Shown here: positions 18,414 through 31,850 of the stretch, one piece after another
Numbering within the stretch: the first letter of the stretch is position 1
Layout of the letters: every line of letters begins with the position of its first letter
Source of the DNA: the human T2T-CHM13v2.0 reference genome, Homo sapiens
Length of the DNA stretch: 64,000 nucleotides
Direction: 5' to 3' (one strand)
NCBI RefSeq assembly: GCF_009914755.1
Contig: NC_060926.1
Program-made: the position numbers and the translations under genes
Notes under the pieces: model-generated
The model's database searches: none
What the model saw: only the letters and a program-made list of their open reading frames with translations
What the model was told of the DNA's origin: nothing

Positions 18414-20300
18414 GTTATTGCCATGTTTTCTCAATGAATTTTCTTATTTACAGATTATATAATATGCTGATGCAAATATTATTCAAAGCAGAGCCATATA
18501 ATATACTATAGTTATATACGTATATTTCACTGAAATTAGTAACTGGCTTATCTTTATTTTTCATTTGCTTAGTTTTCTCTGTACTTATTCTTTTTATACT
18601 TTTCCATTACCTTTCTATGACAGTTTCCACAGGGTCAATTACATTGGGTGGTCTAATAGTCCTAAGTTATATCCTGGAGGTCTCCAGCCTCCTTCTTTCT
18701 GGGCTGATTATTCTCCAGGCCTGCTGTGTGACTCTCTTATGGCAAGTCCCTTTACTCCCATCCCTGGACTCCTTCTGGGATGGAGCCCCTGTATGCCAGA
18801 CCCTGGGTCCCTCTTCCTTGATGTATTCCCTTGGTTGGATATCTCCTCTGTAGTTCCACTAAGGTTGATGGGGGTAGAATATCAGAAGCAGGTGATGGAT
18901 GGCAGCCCTCATTGAGTCTGTCCTTTGAGCCACCCTAGTCCATTGTGGACCGGTTGCCCTTTGGCTTACAGGGTTGTCCTGTGGGGTCTTCCTTGTCCTT
19001 GGTCCTGGAGGTTCCCTTTATATTTCTCCCGTGAAGGGTCTCCTGTGTCCTGAATCCTGGGCCTGCCTGTTTCTTGGTTGGCGCATTTTCTCCAGTATCT
19101 TCTGAGAAAGGAAGCATGAGATAAATGTTTTAGGCTTTACTTATCTGAAGCTATCTTCATTCTGCTCTCACAGATGATAAATAGGTGCCTGGGCATGGAA
19201 CTCTGGTGGGAAGTAATTATTCTCTAAGAAGGTATTGCTCCCTGGTTTTCTAGCTTCTGTGGGCTTCCGAGAAGTCCAAAGGCATTGCTAAGTCTTACTC
19301 CAATGTATGGGATCTGTTTTTCTTCTTGCTGAAAACTTGTGGAATCTGATTTTATCTCCGTGTTCTAACCTGTCTCAGTGAGGTGACTTAGGCTGGCTCT
19401 GTCTTCATCCATTTCTCTGGGTACTCAGCAGACCCCTCAGTCTGGGAATCTTCAGTGCAGGGTTTTTTCTTGTTTATTTGATTTCCTTTATTCTGTTTTC
19501 TCTGTTTTTTTTTTTCAGAAATTTTTTCCAGTTATTATTTGAATATGTACACTGTCTTGGGTCAGGTTCCCAGAAGGATACCCTTAGATGAGGTTTGTGT
19601 GCAGTGACTTTGAGGGCAATGGGTGAGGGAGTCGGGAAGCAGGGGAGGGAAGAGGTGAGATTTCAGGCAAAGTCCCATGGAAGGGCCTTCGGTTGGTCCA
19701 GCAGGGAACTGGAGTGTGAAAGCTGAAGCTGCAGTTCGGCGTCTTCCTGCCCTAAGGTAAGGGAGCTGGTTTTTACATTCCTGCAGCTGGCTGTTACTGC
19801 CTAAGGCCATCCAGGGGGATCTAGTCTCCCAGCACTTCTAGTCCCAGTGGATACAGGCCAAGTGGCTCTGGTGGCTGAAGAGGAGTCCTGCAGGAAGGTG
19901 CAGCTGCAGGGCTGAGAGCAGAGCACCCCAACGCTGGGAGACGGGAGGAAAAGTCGCAGAAAAAGAGGGCGGGCATCTGGATGGGTCAGTGAGGATGCTG
20001 GCTACACGGCCTCGCTTCACAGACGGGTCCTCTATTCAAAACACTGTTTTCTATCCTGCTGTCTAGCTCTTTGCTTTTTTCTCTCCTTTCTGTGAAATAT
20101 CCTCAACTTTTTATTATGCCATTGCCTTTATCAATTTAAACTTTGTGTTATACAGTTTTTAATTTCCAGGAGCTCTCTTTTGTTTTCCGGACATTCTTTT
20201 TTAGAGCGCCCTTTCTTATTTCCTGGCTGCAATACTTTCTGTGTCTCTTAGAGGCTATGGCTAGCGGTTTTGTTTGCATCTCTCTTTCTGTGTGGGTTCC
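18414..20300 (-). mobile_element. HAL1/old L1-like fragment (probably continuous with 9650-9895), interrupted by an ERVL LTR
   Basis: 'ttcttggttgg...tccagtatcttctgagaaaggaagcatgagataaatgtttt...tctgaagctatcttcattctgctctcaca' resembles antisense HAL1. Confidence 0.55.
19553..20007 (-). mobile_element. ERVL LTR (LTR33/LTR16-like)
   Basis: Starts 'tgtcttgggtcaggttcccagaagg...cttagatgagg', the reverse complement of an ERVL LTR 3' end. Confidence 0.65.
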
Positions 20301-22499
20301 CCCCAGGTTGCTAGTTCTCTCTCTGTCATGATGGACGCTTTGCTCGGATATCTGATTCCTCTTGACCCAAGAGCAGGAGGGAAACCATTGGCTGGGAGCT
20401 GGGAGTGGGTAGGTGGGGCATGTGGAGCGATCGGGAGGGGAGAGGCTTTTACGGGGACCCCGGTGTCTTCACCTTTAGGTCTTGAGTTCCCTTCTCTTCT
20501 CTTACCTGAGGGGTAAAAGGTCTGGCTGCCCTGTTCTGAGAGCCAGGAAGGGGAAGCGTGCATGCAGACGGCGCATGGCCACGTGCAGGGAAGGGCTCTT
20601 GGTGCTCTCTGTGCCTATCTGCCTCACACTCTCTGCTTACCCATCTTCAGAGGGGAGCCTCCAGTCATCTCCAGGAGGTGGGGGGAGGGGAGGGTGGTGG
20701 TAAGGGCAGGGGCGCTTCCCTTGCTAGGTGCAGAATGGAAGGGGGGGGCTCTCGGGGGTCTCACTACTTCTCCAGCAGCCTCTAGATCTTATCTTCACCC
20801 CCTGGCCTTGGTTACAGCAGTTGCTGGTGCTGCGGGTTCTGGGCGATCTGAGGGGTCTGCAGGGTGAATCGCGCTGATTCTTTGGCTCCTTCACTGCTGA
20901 CTCAGGAATTCCTTCTTTCATTTTACTTCCCACCTTTTCCTTTGCTATCGCATCTCTCCTGTTGTCTTTGTTTTTGTGGATTTATGGCTTTAAAAAAATT
21001 TCCTTACTGTGTTGTTTATTTTGGAGTGGGGCGTTGGGAGGAGGTAAAATCAGGGGTGCATGCTCAATTAGCCATCTGAAGCCAGGAGCCCGTTGTCTCC
21101 TTGTCCTTCAGAGGCCATGTAGTTCCTGGGGGAGCAAGTAGGGCAGTGTCCTGTGTCTGTGGAGTGGCAGAACTCAACTCAGCTGCTCCTGCTCTGTAAG
21201 CCAAGCAGGTGTGGACACCCGCTGGGCCTATGGGACCCATGAAAGTGCGTGGACCCGGATCCTGTGCTGGGAGCCATGAGACTGAGTTTGGCCTGTGTGG
21301 AAGGGTCCATCCAGCCCAGGGGAGGGAGGGGTGAGAGGATGCTCCAAAGAGTAGGAATGGTTGGGAGAGTTCAGGGGAGGGGGACTGGAGAAGATCAGAG
21401 GGATGGCGCCCTGTGCTTGTGGGCCACTGTCCTCATTCACCAGCTGGTGTCTGTGTGGCGCCTGGTACCTGGCATGTGCTTGTCCTCCTGACTTCCCTCT
21501 TCTCACAACAACCTGAGGTTGCTACTGTTACTCATCTTTTAAAATGAGGTGGTGCAGGCCTAGGCAGGAGAGTCTACAGAGCTAGAAGCTGGGGAGGGAT
21601 GCATGCCCAGCTCCACGCAGGCCTCCTAGATGCACTTGGGGACAACCTGGAGGCAGAAGCATGACGGCTCCAGGGTGGGTGTCTGGGATTGGGGTTTTAG
21701 ACAATTGTTGAGTTATCTGTATGATATGAAACACTGCCCAACTTCCCTTTGCACATCCCTGTGGTGAGCATTTATTCTTTGGGAAAAGAAACACTCAGAG
21801 AGGGAAACAAGTTTGTAAACAACACAGTGATTCCTGGGGGCCTGCATGGACTCATTAAAAACAAGCCATGGCTTCATGACATTCAGTTTCACTGGGCAGA
21901 TACGCTGAGCCTTAAGACCCAGTGCTCTTAAATAAAGTACACTGTGAGTTCTGGAAAACACTGGACAACATTTCTAATTATGTTGCTGTGGAAAAAACAG
22001 GAACAGGGCACCACATGGCGGGGCGACTGCAATTAGATCGACCCAAAGTAGGCCAGGCTTCTGCACCCACAGCTTGGGCGAGGAGCCACATTGGATTCAG
22101 ACACATTTTCTATACCATGGCTGCAGGGCTCTGTCTGTGACTGTGACAGTTCGTTTTAATCAATGACCTACATCATGGCAGACGGATGGAAAAAAAAGCT
22201 GGGGGAGAGAGATGCTTTGTTGAATGAGCAGCTACCAGAATGGTGACCAGACCAGGAAGGTGACGCCTTGAAGGCACAATGTAGGCCTGTTGTGCCCATA
22301 GGGAGGATGAGCTGGGTTTGCCATGGAGCTCAGACACAGGGGGTATGATGTGAAATGTAAGCTTTCCCAGAGGTTTATGGTACTTAGACTACAGACAGAC
22401 TTCTCAAGGCCTCAGAGAAGTTAATCCAAAAAGCCCAGAATGAATCTTTTTTCTTTCACAGTCATTCCTCACTCACTTTCCTACCAGCCCACTCTTCCA

Positions 22500-23545
22500 T
22501 GTCCCCACTGCCATTTACCCATCTACCCCATCAATCCACCCACTCATCCACCCACCACCCATCCATCAACTATCTATCTGCCAATCCACCCACCCATCCA
22601 TTCACCCAGCCATCCATTTACCTACCCATTAATCTACCCATTATCCATCCATGCATCCATCCTTCCATCCACCCATCTATCCATTATTCACCCATTCATC
22701 CATTCACCTATTATCCACCCATCCACCCATCTGTCCATTCTCCATCCATCCAGCCACCCGTCCATCCATCCACCTATCTGTGCACCCATTCATCCATTCA
22801 CCTATTATCCACCCATACATCCATCTGTCCATTCTCCATCCATCCATCCATCCACCTATCTATGCACCCATTCATTCATCCATTATCCACCCATTCATTC
22901 ATTCACCCATTATCCACCCACTCACCCATCCATCCATCCATCCACCCCTCTATCCATCCATCCACCCACCTATCTATTCACCCATTCATGTACCCATTAT
23001 CCATCCATGCATCCATCCTTCCATCCACCCATCAACCCATTATCCACCCATTCATCCATTCACCTATTATCCACCTATCCGCCCATCCATCCATCCATCC
23101 ATCCATTCTCCATCCATCCAGCCACCCGTCCATCCGTCCACCTATCTGTGTACCTATTCATCCATTCACCTATTATCCACCCATCCACCCATCTATCCAT
23201 CCATCCATTCTCCATCTATCCATCCATCCATTCACCTTTCTATGCACCCGTTCATTCATTTATTATCCACCCATTCATCCATTCACCCATTATCCACCCA
23301 GCCACCCACCCACCCATCCATCCATCCATCCATCCACACATCTATCCATCCATCCACCCACCTATCTATACACCCATTCATCCACCCATTATCCATCCAT
23401 CCATCCATCCATGCATCCATACATTCATCCATAATTCACACATTATCCATTTATTCATCCACCCATCCATTTACCCACCCACCCACTCATCCATCCACTC
23501 ACCCACCCATCCATCCATTCACCCACTCACTCGCCTGTTCCACCA
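22500..23545 (+). repeat. ~1-kb degenerate (CCAT)n/(TCCA)n array with higher-order structure
   Basis: Continuous ccat/ccac/tcat units with recurring longer blocks. Confidence 0.97.
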
Positions 23546-24000
23546 TCCTCCTGTCCAGCATCCCAGGCACTGTACTAGGTGCTGGAGAGCTGGCACATGA
23601 ATTAGACACAACCCCTGCTTTTAAAGAGCTCATAGCCTATTCATGCATTTGAGTGGGAAAAACAAAAGAAAGAGTCAGAGAGTGCATTTTAGTGGGAGGT
23701 TTCTGGAGTGAAGCGGATTGTGGAAAAGGACAGCCACTGAGGAGTTAAGCAGGAAGTGCCATGGCAAGATTTGAGTGTTAGGACCCTGTCATTAGCAGCT
23801 CTGGGCAGGCTGGATTGGAGGAGAGCCATGAGAGACTCAATGGCTGGCAGTGTGTTTCAATAGCCTCCAGGAGGGATGACATGGCCTGGGAAGCAGAAGG
23901 GGAAAGGTCAAGGAGGGCCACGGGGCAAGATGCTTTGATGTGTAGGATTGGTTGAATATTTCAAAGGTGGAAGCAGAGATCAGTCTGAGGCTCTGGGAAG
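23545..24000 (-). mobile_element. L2 3' fragment
   Basis: 'cccaggcactgtactaggtgctggaga...cccctgcttttaaagagctcatagcct' is the antisense L2 3' end. Confidence 0.75.
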
Positions 24001-25169
24001 CACTATGGCCCTGGAGGCCAAAACATCATTATCGCCTGATTATTCCCCAGGCCTGGGGGCCCTTGAGTCTTCCTCCTCCTGTTATCTATGCTTTTCTCTG
24101 CCCACTCTCCCTTTTCTAGAATTGTGAGAGCCAGAAACAGCCAAGGGTCAGGGGAGAATAAGTGAATTTCCTGCTTGTAAATCACTGGAAAGCACCGACC
24201 ATTCTCTGCTGTTTCACCCTGACCAGCAGCCATTTATCTGGATAATGCATTTATTTATTGCCACTCCACCATTTTGCATTGAGATATATGTGCAAACCAA
24301 AGTGCCAATGATTTGCTTGCAAACATCAAAGGTAGGAGAATAAAATGAAATTGGGCATATTAGATTATTTGGTATTGAATTCAACGTCTGCAGCTCCCCA
24401 TTTTTCTCCATCACCCGCCTTTCCTACAAATCAATTTACAAGACTTTCGCTGGAAATATTACTTAGTATCAAAATCTGTGGGCAGAACCCAGCAGCTGGA
24501 TCATTCTCCTAGTAGAAGGCAGAGAGATGTTGAGTGGGATGGCGCCAGGCTTGCGTCAGGGCGGCTGTGCTGGATGGACCTCCCGCCTCCACCCCTCAGG
24601 CCCCACAGCACTGGGGCAGAAGCACAGACACACGCGTGCACACACACAGTGATCTGGCCCCAGAAAGCTTCCTGGGCTTGGGGAAGTCACAGGAAGAGGC
24701 TCTGTGTTCTCAGGAGAGATTCCGGGCACGGCACCTGCCTCTGCCTGTGTGAGGATCAGGGCTACCATCCTCTCAAGGTGGAGGCGTGAGTGGGCTAGCC
24801 TGAAAGGATGTCCACAATGTGTCTGGAAGGGTGGTCACTGTCCAGCCACCTGTGTGGGCAGCTGCCCAGCCTGCAGCATGCCTGGCCAGCTCCTCTCCTC
24901 ACTCCAAGGGACCTCCTCGTCCACTTGGCTGCTCCCTGCTGTCCTCTGACCAGGCTCAGTCCCTCACTGTCCTTACCCCTTCCCAGTGGTTTCTCCTCTG
25001 CCCCAGGCTTGATCCAGTGACAACATCACATTATCCCTATTAATTTTTAATCCTTTAAAATTGTTTTCAAAGAAAAGTTTACCTGGCAGGGTAGAACAAC
25101 TTGGGGACCAGAACATGGGATGTTTAGGCTCGAACTGGCTTTCTCTCCCCAGGCCCCGCTGCTCCTGGC

Positions 25170-25410
25170 TGGGCCCTCTCTGGTCTCAGTTTTCACATCT
25201 GTTAACCGGGGTGATTCCTGCCCTGATTACTTCTCCAGGCATTGGAATCATGTGAGAGAATGGATGTGAAAACACTCTGCTATGTTACCACACATGCACT
25301 CAGCGCTTTCCCGGCCTCAGCCCAGTTTCCTCACTGTGTGACTTGGGCAGGTTGCTCAGTCTCTGTGGACTTGGGGTTCCTTGTCTCTAACACTTCCTCC
25401 AAGGGGTTGC
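25170..25410 (+). mobile_element. MIR fragments
   Basis: 'tctcagttttcacatctgttaa...tgagagaatggatgtgaaaacactct' and 'ctgtgtgacttgggcaggttgctcagtctctgtgg'. Confidence 0.65.
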
Positions 25411-28400
25411 TCTCAGGAGGGGAGGCAGTAAGGCTCACTGTGACCCTGCAGGCTCATGCCTCACTATGGGCCAGCCACATGCTGAGCCCTCAATAACTGG
25501 TAGTGATTATTATGCATTTTTTAAAAAACATGAAAACATGTGGACGTTGCAGGATTGAGAAAATGTGAATACCTGATGAATCAGAAAGGAATTCTGGGAA
25601 GCTGGAATCCTGAGGGGAAAAGGGCCTTTTCTTCCATGTGAAATCTCTTGTCCTGTTTTGGGGTCAAAGGAGCAAATGAGCTTCAGGAGAGAGACCGGAG
25701 GGGTTCTTAGGACAAGCACTGCTCAGTAGCCCAGCTGCCCTGTGGAAGTCCCTGCTGCCCTGTGGCCTGTCCCAGGCCCTGCGGTCCTTGGGCCTTGCAC
25801 CCACCCCACCCTGGGGCTGGTGTGACCTCACTTAGCAACCCAGGGACCGCAGCGAGCGGTGGGTTTGCAGAAGCCCATGGTCCCTCCTGCCTGCCAGGAG
25901 TCTGGGCTGCTGGGCAGCCCCCATGCACGGGCACCTATCCTGTGTCAGCCATCTACCTCCTCCCTGTGCCCCACAGCCTTCCCTACCCATCCCTGTCGCC
26001 TGCAGGAAGCCAGTCTAATGAGAGCACTGGGCTGCCTGCTGGGGTGGCCAAAACCACACCGTCAGCATTTCTACAGCGTCTCATAAATTCCCAGAGAAAC
26101 TCCCTGCAGACAGAAGCTCAGCACTGAGGCTCTCTGCTCGGAGAGGCATGTCCTCCTGAAGTTAGAGTGGAAATCAGTTTCTGGGTGGTCCTCCACCCTA
26201 CAGCTTCCTTTTGGGAAAGGCTGAAGAGGGGCTGAGGAAGAAAGAGGGCAGGGGACAGTCACCTGGACATCCGGGCTTGCCCTCCCTTCCCACTCCCCTT
26301 CATCTTCCCCTCCTCCTCCCTCTGCCTTCCTCCTCCTTCCCTCTGTCTCGTGTAAGGGTCTGGATTACTGTTTAAGAAACTTGAAATTCTCTACCAGAGT
26401 GAACCCTGGGATTTTGCCCCTGCAAAGTGTCTCAGTTCCTGACATGGCTACACCTAACATGTGTGGCTTTCTTACACATTGCCACTTGGTTCTGGCTGAA
26501 AACCTGGAGGTTTTGGAGTCAGAGGGACATGGTTTATATTTGCAGTTCTTCCTCTTAGTGGATGTGGGGCCTGGGCACGTTCACATCTGTGCACACAAAA
26601 ATGCCACCAATGGTGCTCAATGAAACTGTGATGTCACCCTAACTCACGAGTGTCTCTGGAGCTCCTCACGAATGCCTTCCTTTTGGCATAGCAGGGTCAT
26701 TTGATGTCTGAGGTGGAGCCAAAGATCAACAAAGCCGGACAGTACTTAAATTCATGAGAACAGATTTCTTCAGTAACTGCCGACAGTGGGGGAAGAGCTG
26801 AGCTCCCTTTCGACCTGTGCAAAGAACGGAAGGGCTTTTGCTGCCTGGTTTCTTCCCTGGGTGGGTTTGTGTTCCTCGCAATGGGTAGAGGGCAACGAGG
26901 CAGCCCCGATTCTTCACAGGGAGGGAGGTCTGTGCTCATGAAAGCCCCCTCCTGCGGAACCCGGGCCTGGGAGCTCCAAGGTCACAGGACAGTGGGGGTG
27001 GGGGAGGGCTGTAGAACATTCTGGGTCCTGCAGGGTGTGGGGGCTATTGTGGGTGCTGATTAGGGAGCATGCTGGCTGGGCTGTAGTGGGCACTGTTTGG
27101 TCTGGGTTGCCCCACTTTGCTGGTGAGCAGAGCACCATGGAGCTGACCCGAAGTGCCCTAGAAGCAGGCCTGGGCCTCTCTCTTGGAAGAATAATTAGGC
27201 TGTGCATGGTTCCAGCATGCCGGGGTCTTTTGGGGCCTCTTTGGCAGCTACTTGCCTGGGCCTTTGGAGGTGCTGCCTCCATGAGGGATGAGGGCCCCTC
27301 TGCTGTGCCTGCCAGCATTTCCCTGAGTGTTCTCATGGGTCCGATTCTCAATCAGAGAAGCTATTCTCCTTAGCTCTGCTCCTGCCATGCCAGCATCCAA
27401 ACAGCTGAGGTGTGCAGTGGCAGGGCCAGGCATCTATGCTGGCACAGGAGCTGCCATAGATGGGAGGTGCTGGGATGAGCTGAAGGCTGTGGCTGGGCTC
27501 ATACCTGCTGGCCGATGTGGGTGCCTTCTGAAAGCAGATGCGGAGATCGGGCCTGGAAGAGGGCAGAGCCAGTTGGTTAGAGTGCGGTCCCAGCTACTCA
27601 GGGGCGAGAGGACCTCGAACAGAGTAGGGACCAGGAGGACCAGGCTGAGGGGTGAATGCTGGGTGAAGGGACCCTCCCTCCCAAGTTGAACAGGCCTGAC
27701 CAGTGAGGGCTCAGTCCCTGAGAGTTCAGTCCCTGCAGACCCCACCCAGCCCAAGGGTGGGGAGTCTCAGGCTGTAGCCAGGCCAGCAGCCCAGGTTCAG
27801 GTTCTCAACAACTGGCAATCCGGAAGGAAGTTCAGAATATCACATGTCAATTAAACACAGCTGGACCGGGATAGGGGAGAAAGGGCCATTTAGGGCTCTG
27901 GACTTCCTGATTAATGTCCCCAAACTATTTCAGCCTCTTTCTTGTTAGAGACATTTCTCTGGTGCCCAAGGCCCTTTCTTGCCTCTGCATCCATTAATAG
28001 GGTGCTCTCCGGACTTTTGAATAAAGCCCAGTGCACACTGTCTGGGCCTCTGGCCACAGAAGTGGAGGTGGCATCAGACCCACCCCAGGACCTCCAGTAG
28101 GACCTTATCTCTTGTTATTACCTCCTCCTCAAAGTGATGGCAGGGAAAATTCTGGATCACTAGTACCCAGGGTATGGGGAGGGAGGTTTTCTGAGCATTT
28201 GTTAGTTATTTTCTCTTTCTTCTAATTGCTGGGGTACAGCCTGGACCAGGAGTCCCAGGCTCCTTTGTGTGGGCTCCCACTCTGAGGGACAGGCAGCTCC
28301 CCGCCTTCCACCAAGTTCTCCTGGATGAAAAGAAGGCATGCCCACAGGAGCTGTGCACGTGCAGATGCTGGCTGCAGGCTGGGAGCTTCCCTATCCTGGA

Positions 28401-28449
28401 GTTTGTTCAGCTGGGAGCCACGTGCCTGCAGATGCCCTGGGTGGAGATG

Positions 28450-28560
28450 GGAAGCTCTGATTCCCAGACACCTGCATGGGAATCCAGACCCACCCCAGGC
28501 CTGCTGAATCAGCACCTCTATACTGGTGGGGGGCTGCCCAGGAACTGCACATCAACAATG
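28450..28560. mobile_element. MER5-like DNA transposon fragment
   Basis: 'cccaccccaggcctgctgaatcagcacctct...gcccaggaactgcac'. Confidence 0.6.
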
Positions 28561-31479
28561 GCCTTTAGTCTTGGGGGCTGGGAGAGGATGGTGGCAGGCT
28601 CTCTCCTAGCCCTGGATGTGTGGCTGGCCTGGCTTGGGCAGCGTGGCCGCTGGGCCTGATAATGTTCAACCTTGAACTGAGCCCAGTGTGGACACGAGGA
28701 GCCCCTCCTTGGTTGCTGGGGGGTGCACAGAAATCAGGGGAGACACACCTTTCCTGGAGCATGTCTCCCACAGGGCGCTGGCTGCCCCTGCTGGGCCCTC
28801 TGCTGGGGCTGGCATTGTGCTCAGCCGCCTGTCTCTTAAAAACACCATTTCTTTTCAGAGGAAGTGATTTTGCCTTTAACATCTGGACGTTATTGTTGTT
28901 TCTTCTAGGGTTCAGCAAGGAAACCCTTCCTTCTCTTTCCTCAGCTGCAAGAGCAGTGGTCTGGGGACTGTTAGTCCACGACTGGCCAAGGAGACTGCCC
29001 TGGGCCACCTGCCAACATCACTGTGGTTCCCCGTCAGCACCCTGGTTTTCCTCTTGTTCCCAGGCCAATGACCTAGGTTTCAGGCCCAGCTCATGCTGGC
29101 TGGCTTTGGACCATTCTTCCTCCAGGCCTCAGTTTCCCCAGGTGTGGAAAGTGTCTGGCTGTGTGTGTTCTCGGGATGGGGATGCCTCGGTCCTCTCTGG
29201 GAGCCCGGCTTGTTTGGCTATCCGGCTCCCACTGCCCTCCTCAGATTCTGGTCCCTGCCATCTGAGCCTGGGTCTACTTGGCTGGAGAGGCTTCAATTCC
29301 ATGGCTGTGGGTTAAAGTGGGTGGCCCAGCATCAGGGCCCTCAGTGGTCAGACCTTGTTGGCAGCGGCACAAGTCAGCACCCTTCTCCAGTGCTTGTGAT
29401 ATGATCTCTTCCAGGAGGCCTCAGAGGGGAACCCGCAAGCCCCCCTGGGGTGGGTGAGCTGTCGAGATGCCGTCTATACATGGTTTAGATGGACAGACCC
29501 CCAGGAGTCAGGGCTGCTTGGTGGCCTGAGGCTTGAGCAGCTACTCCCTGTGTCACCTCAGCTTTCCTGACTCAAACATTGGGATAATAAAAGCACCTCC
29601 CTCAGGAGTGATGGGATGTCCTGTGCCTCCAGATACCAGGGTCTGGGTCAGGGCCCAGCTTACTCCTTATTGGTAGCAGGGCCTTTTGTATTTGGGCTGA
29701 AATCTCACAAAATCTACTCTTCTTACCCTAGCCTGCCCTCTGGTTTGAACTGGAGTGGGGCAGTGTGGTGAGGTGGAGAGAGTACACCTCTCAGGACAAA
29801 GCTGACTGCACCCCAAGGCTGGGAGCTTGCTCTGCCCATGTGAGGATCCCCAGGTACTGTACCTTAGACCCTGTGGCGGGTGCACAAGAAATAGTCACTC
29901 AATGTTTGAATAAATGCGTATATGCTGCTGGTGTTGAAAACAAATGGGTACAAACCAGAAACCAAGATAACCCCAAACCTTCCCAGGCCTTTCCCTGGGC
30001 TTCTGCCTGGCCAGCCCCCACTCACCCTGAACTTGTGCACTGATCTTTTCACTTTTCAGGCTTAAATCCACACAGACTGAAGCCTCCGGGGACAGCTACT
30101 CAGGAAGCGTGGGGGTGCTCCCACCCCACCCCATTGATCCTGAAGTCCCTCCCCTCTGCGTGGTCTGCAGAGTGGCCTCAGCCTGCTGCAGCTCTGCCTG
30201 CCCAGATCCTGTCTCCCTGCTGGGCCTGACACAGTTTGCTCCTTGCTCTCAGGAGTCCCTGGGTCTCTCTGACTGGTACCCTGGCAACGCAGAGCAGGAC
30301 GGTCCTGTCTCCTGTGCACAAGGGCAGCCTCACTCTGGCTTGGCCCATTTGTGTTGTCCACATGTGCCTGGTCTTGGGGGTGTCTGGTTCTGGTGTCCCC
30401 TCCACGCTCTTCGTAAGCCAGGCCTGCTCTCTGCGGTGGTGCACTGTCTCTCTGGGGAGGCTCAGGGGGTGTGGAGCACCAACACCCCCTCCTGTTAGAG
30501 CTGCCTCCTCCAGCATTTTCTAGAAGCTGCCAGCATTCCTTGGCTCCTGACCACATCGTCCCAGTCTCTGCTTTCAGCAGCACAGCACTTCCCCCTCACT
30601 GGGCTCTCCTGTCTCCTTACAGTGACTACCCTGAGGGCCCACCTGGACAATCCAGGGCAACAGCCCCATCTCCAGAGCCTCCATCTCATCACACCTGCAA
30701 AGCCTCTTGCCATAGAATGCAACTCTGTGGCAACACTCACAGGTGATTCAGGCGTCCATGGGAACTTTATCATTTTCAAAATGCATCCAATGTTGAGACA
30801 GCAAAGTAGAAAGAGAGCAAGTTGGAACTGAGACAGACTGGTTGGAAATATGGCCTCCCGTATGTGTGGCCTGGGACAGGTGACCTCACTTCTCTGGGTC
30901 CTAGCTGTCTGGGGCGGATCTCAGAGCTTCCACCTTCCCTCAAAAGGGGCTGGCTTCACACATTCTCTGTGACTTGAAATCAAACAACTGAGTGTCTTCA
31001 TTTGGGGGAAGGAGAGGGGTGGAGGGGAAATAAGGGGCATCAGAAAACAGGGTCTGAACCTTCAAGTCCCAGCCCGAGATCAGTCAGTGCCCATCAATCC
31101 TTTCATTGATTCCAGAAGTTTGAAGACTGAGCATGCTCTTTTGCTCACTTTCATTTAAAAATGTTCGCCAGGTGCTGCTGAGTGACTTGCAACTCACTGC
31201 AAGTTGGATTCCCAGGAAGCCAACTCCGAGATCCGGATTAGCTTAGGAGGTGCTGGGATCAACTCCTGGGAAGGAGTTGCAGGGTTGGGTGGAGGGTCCT
31301 GCAGAGAGCTCTGAAACTGGGGGAACTGTCAGTGTGTCCCAGCATTATGCAGGAGGACAGGTCCTTATATCACTGTGTCTTCAGGAATCAGATGTGACCA
31401 TCTGAAAAAGGGAGGTAGTCTCCCAAAAGGTGGAAGATGAAGAAGGACCAAGGTGTTGCATTCATGGCCCCTCAAACAC

Positions 31480-31850
31480 CTGTTTTTTTCTTCCCCTCTT
31501 GCCTCCATGCCTTTGCACAAGGTGGCCCCTATTCCTGGACTGTCTGTCTTTTCTTTCCCATCCCTGCAGCTCCTAGGTAACTTCTACTTAGTGTGCAAGG
31601 CTCAGTCCAGGGAGCAGTTCCTCCAGGGGCCTCCCTGGCCTTGCGGGTGAAGTGAAGTCCTCTCACCCCTGCACACCTGATGCTCTCACAGTGGCTCTTG
31701 CACACACCAAGATGTGCAAGATGGCAGAAGTGTTTGTTCAGGGGTCTACCTCCCCTCCAGCCCAGCCCAAGGAGGGCAGCTGCTGTGACCTGTACTTGGA
31801 ATCAGGCACTCTGTACATGTATAGTGCATGAGGCTTAGTAACTGCTGCCT
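31480..31850 (+). mobile_element. L2 fragment
   Basis: 'atgcctttgcaca...cctggactgtc...aacttctacttag...aaggctcag'. Confidence 0.5.

Noticed and set aside
20676-20712. G-quadruplex-capable G-run cluster (and a polypyrimidine tract at ~26280-26345)
   Set aside because: Common in GC-rich human DNA, with no promoter or other context to make it notable.
22440-23652. Three overlapping long ORFs (386, 311 and 333 aa) rich in H/P/S/I
   Set aside because: All three frames are open only because the (CCAT)n repeat lacks stop codons. Low-complexity artefact.
26182-26190. Perfect GLI consensus site tgggtggtc
   Set aside because: A single 9-mer is expected roughly 0.5 times by chance in 64 kb on both strands, and there is no clustering.
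28620-29315. 231-aa ORF with a hydrophobic stretch
   Set aside because: No recognisable domain, starts from a non-ATG codon, rich in W/C/S/P as expected for GC-rich non-coding DNA, and overlaps a MIR-like fragment.
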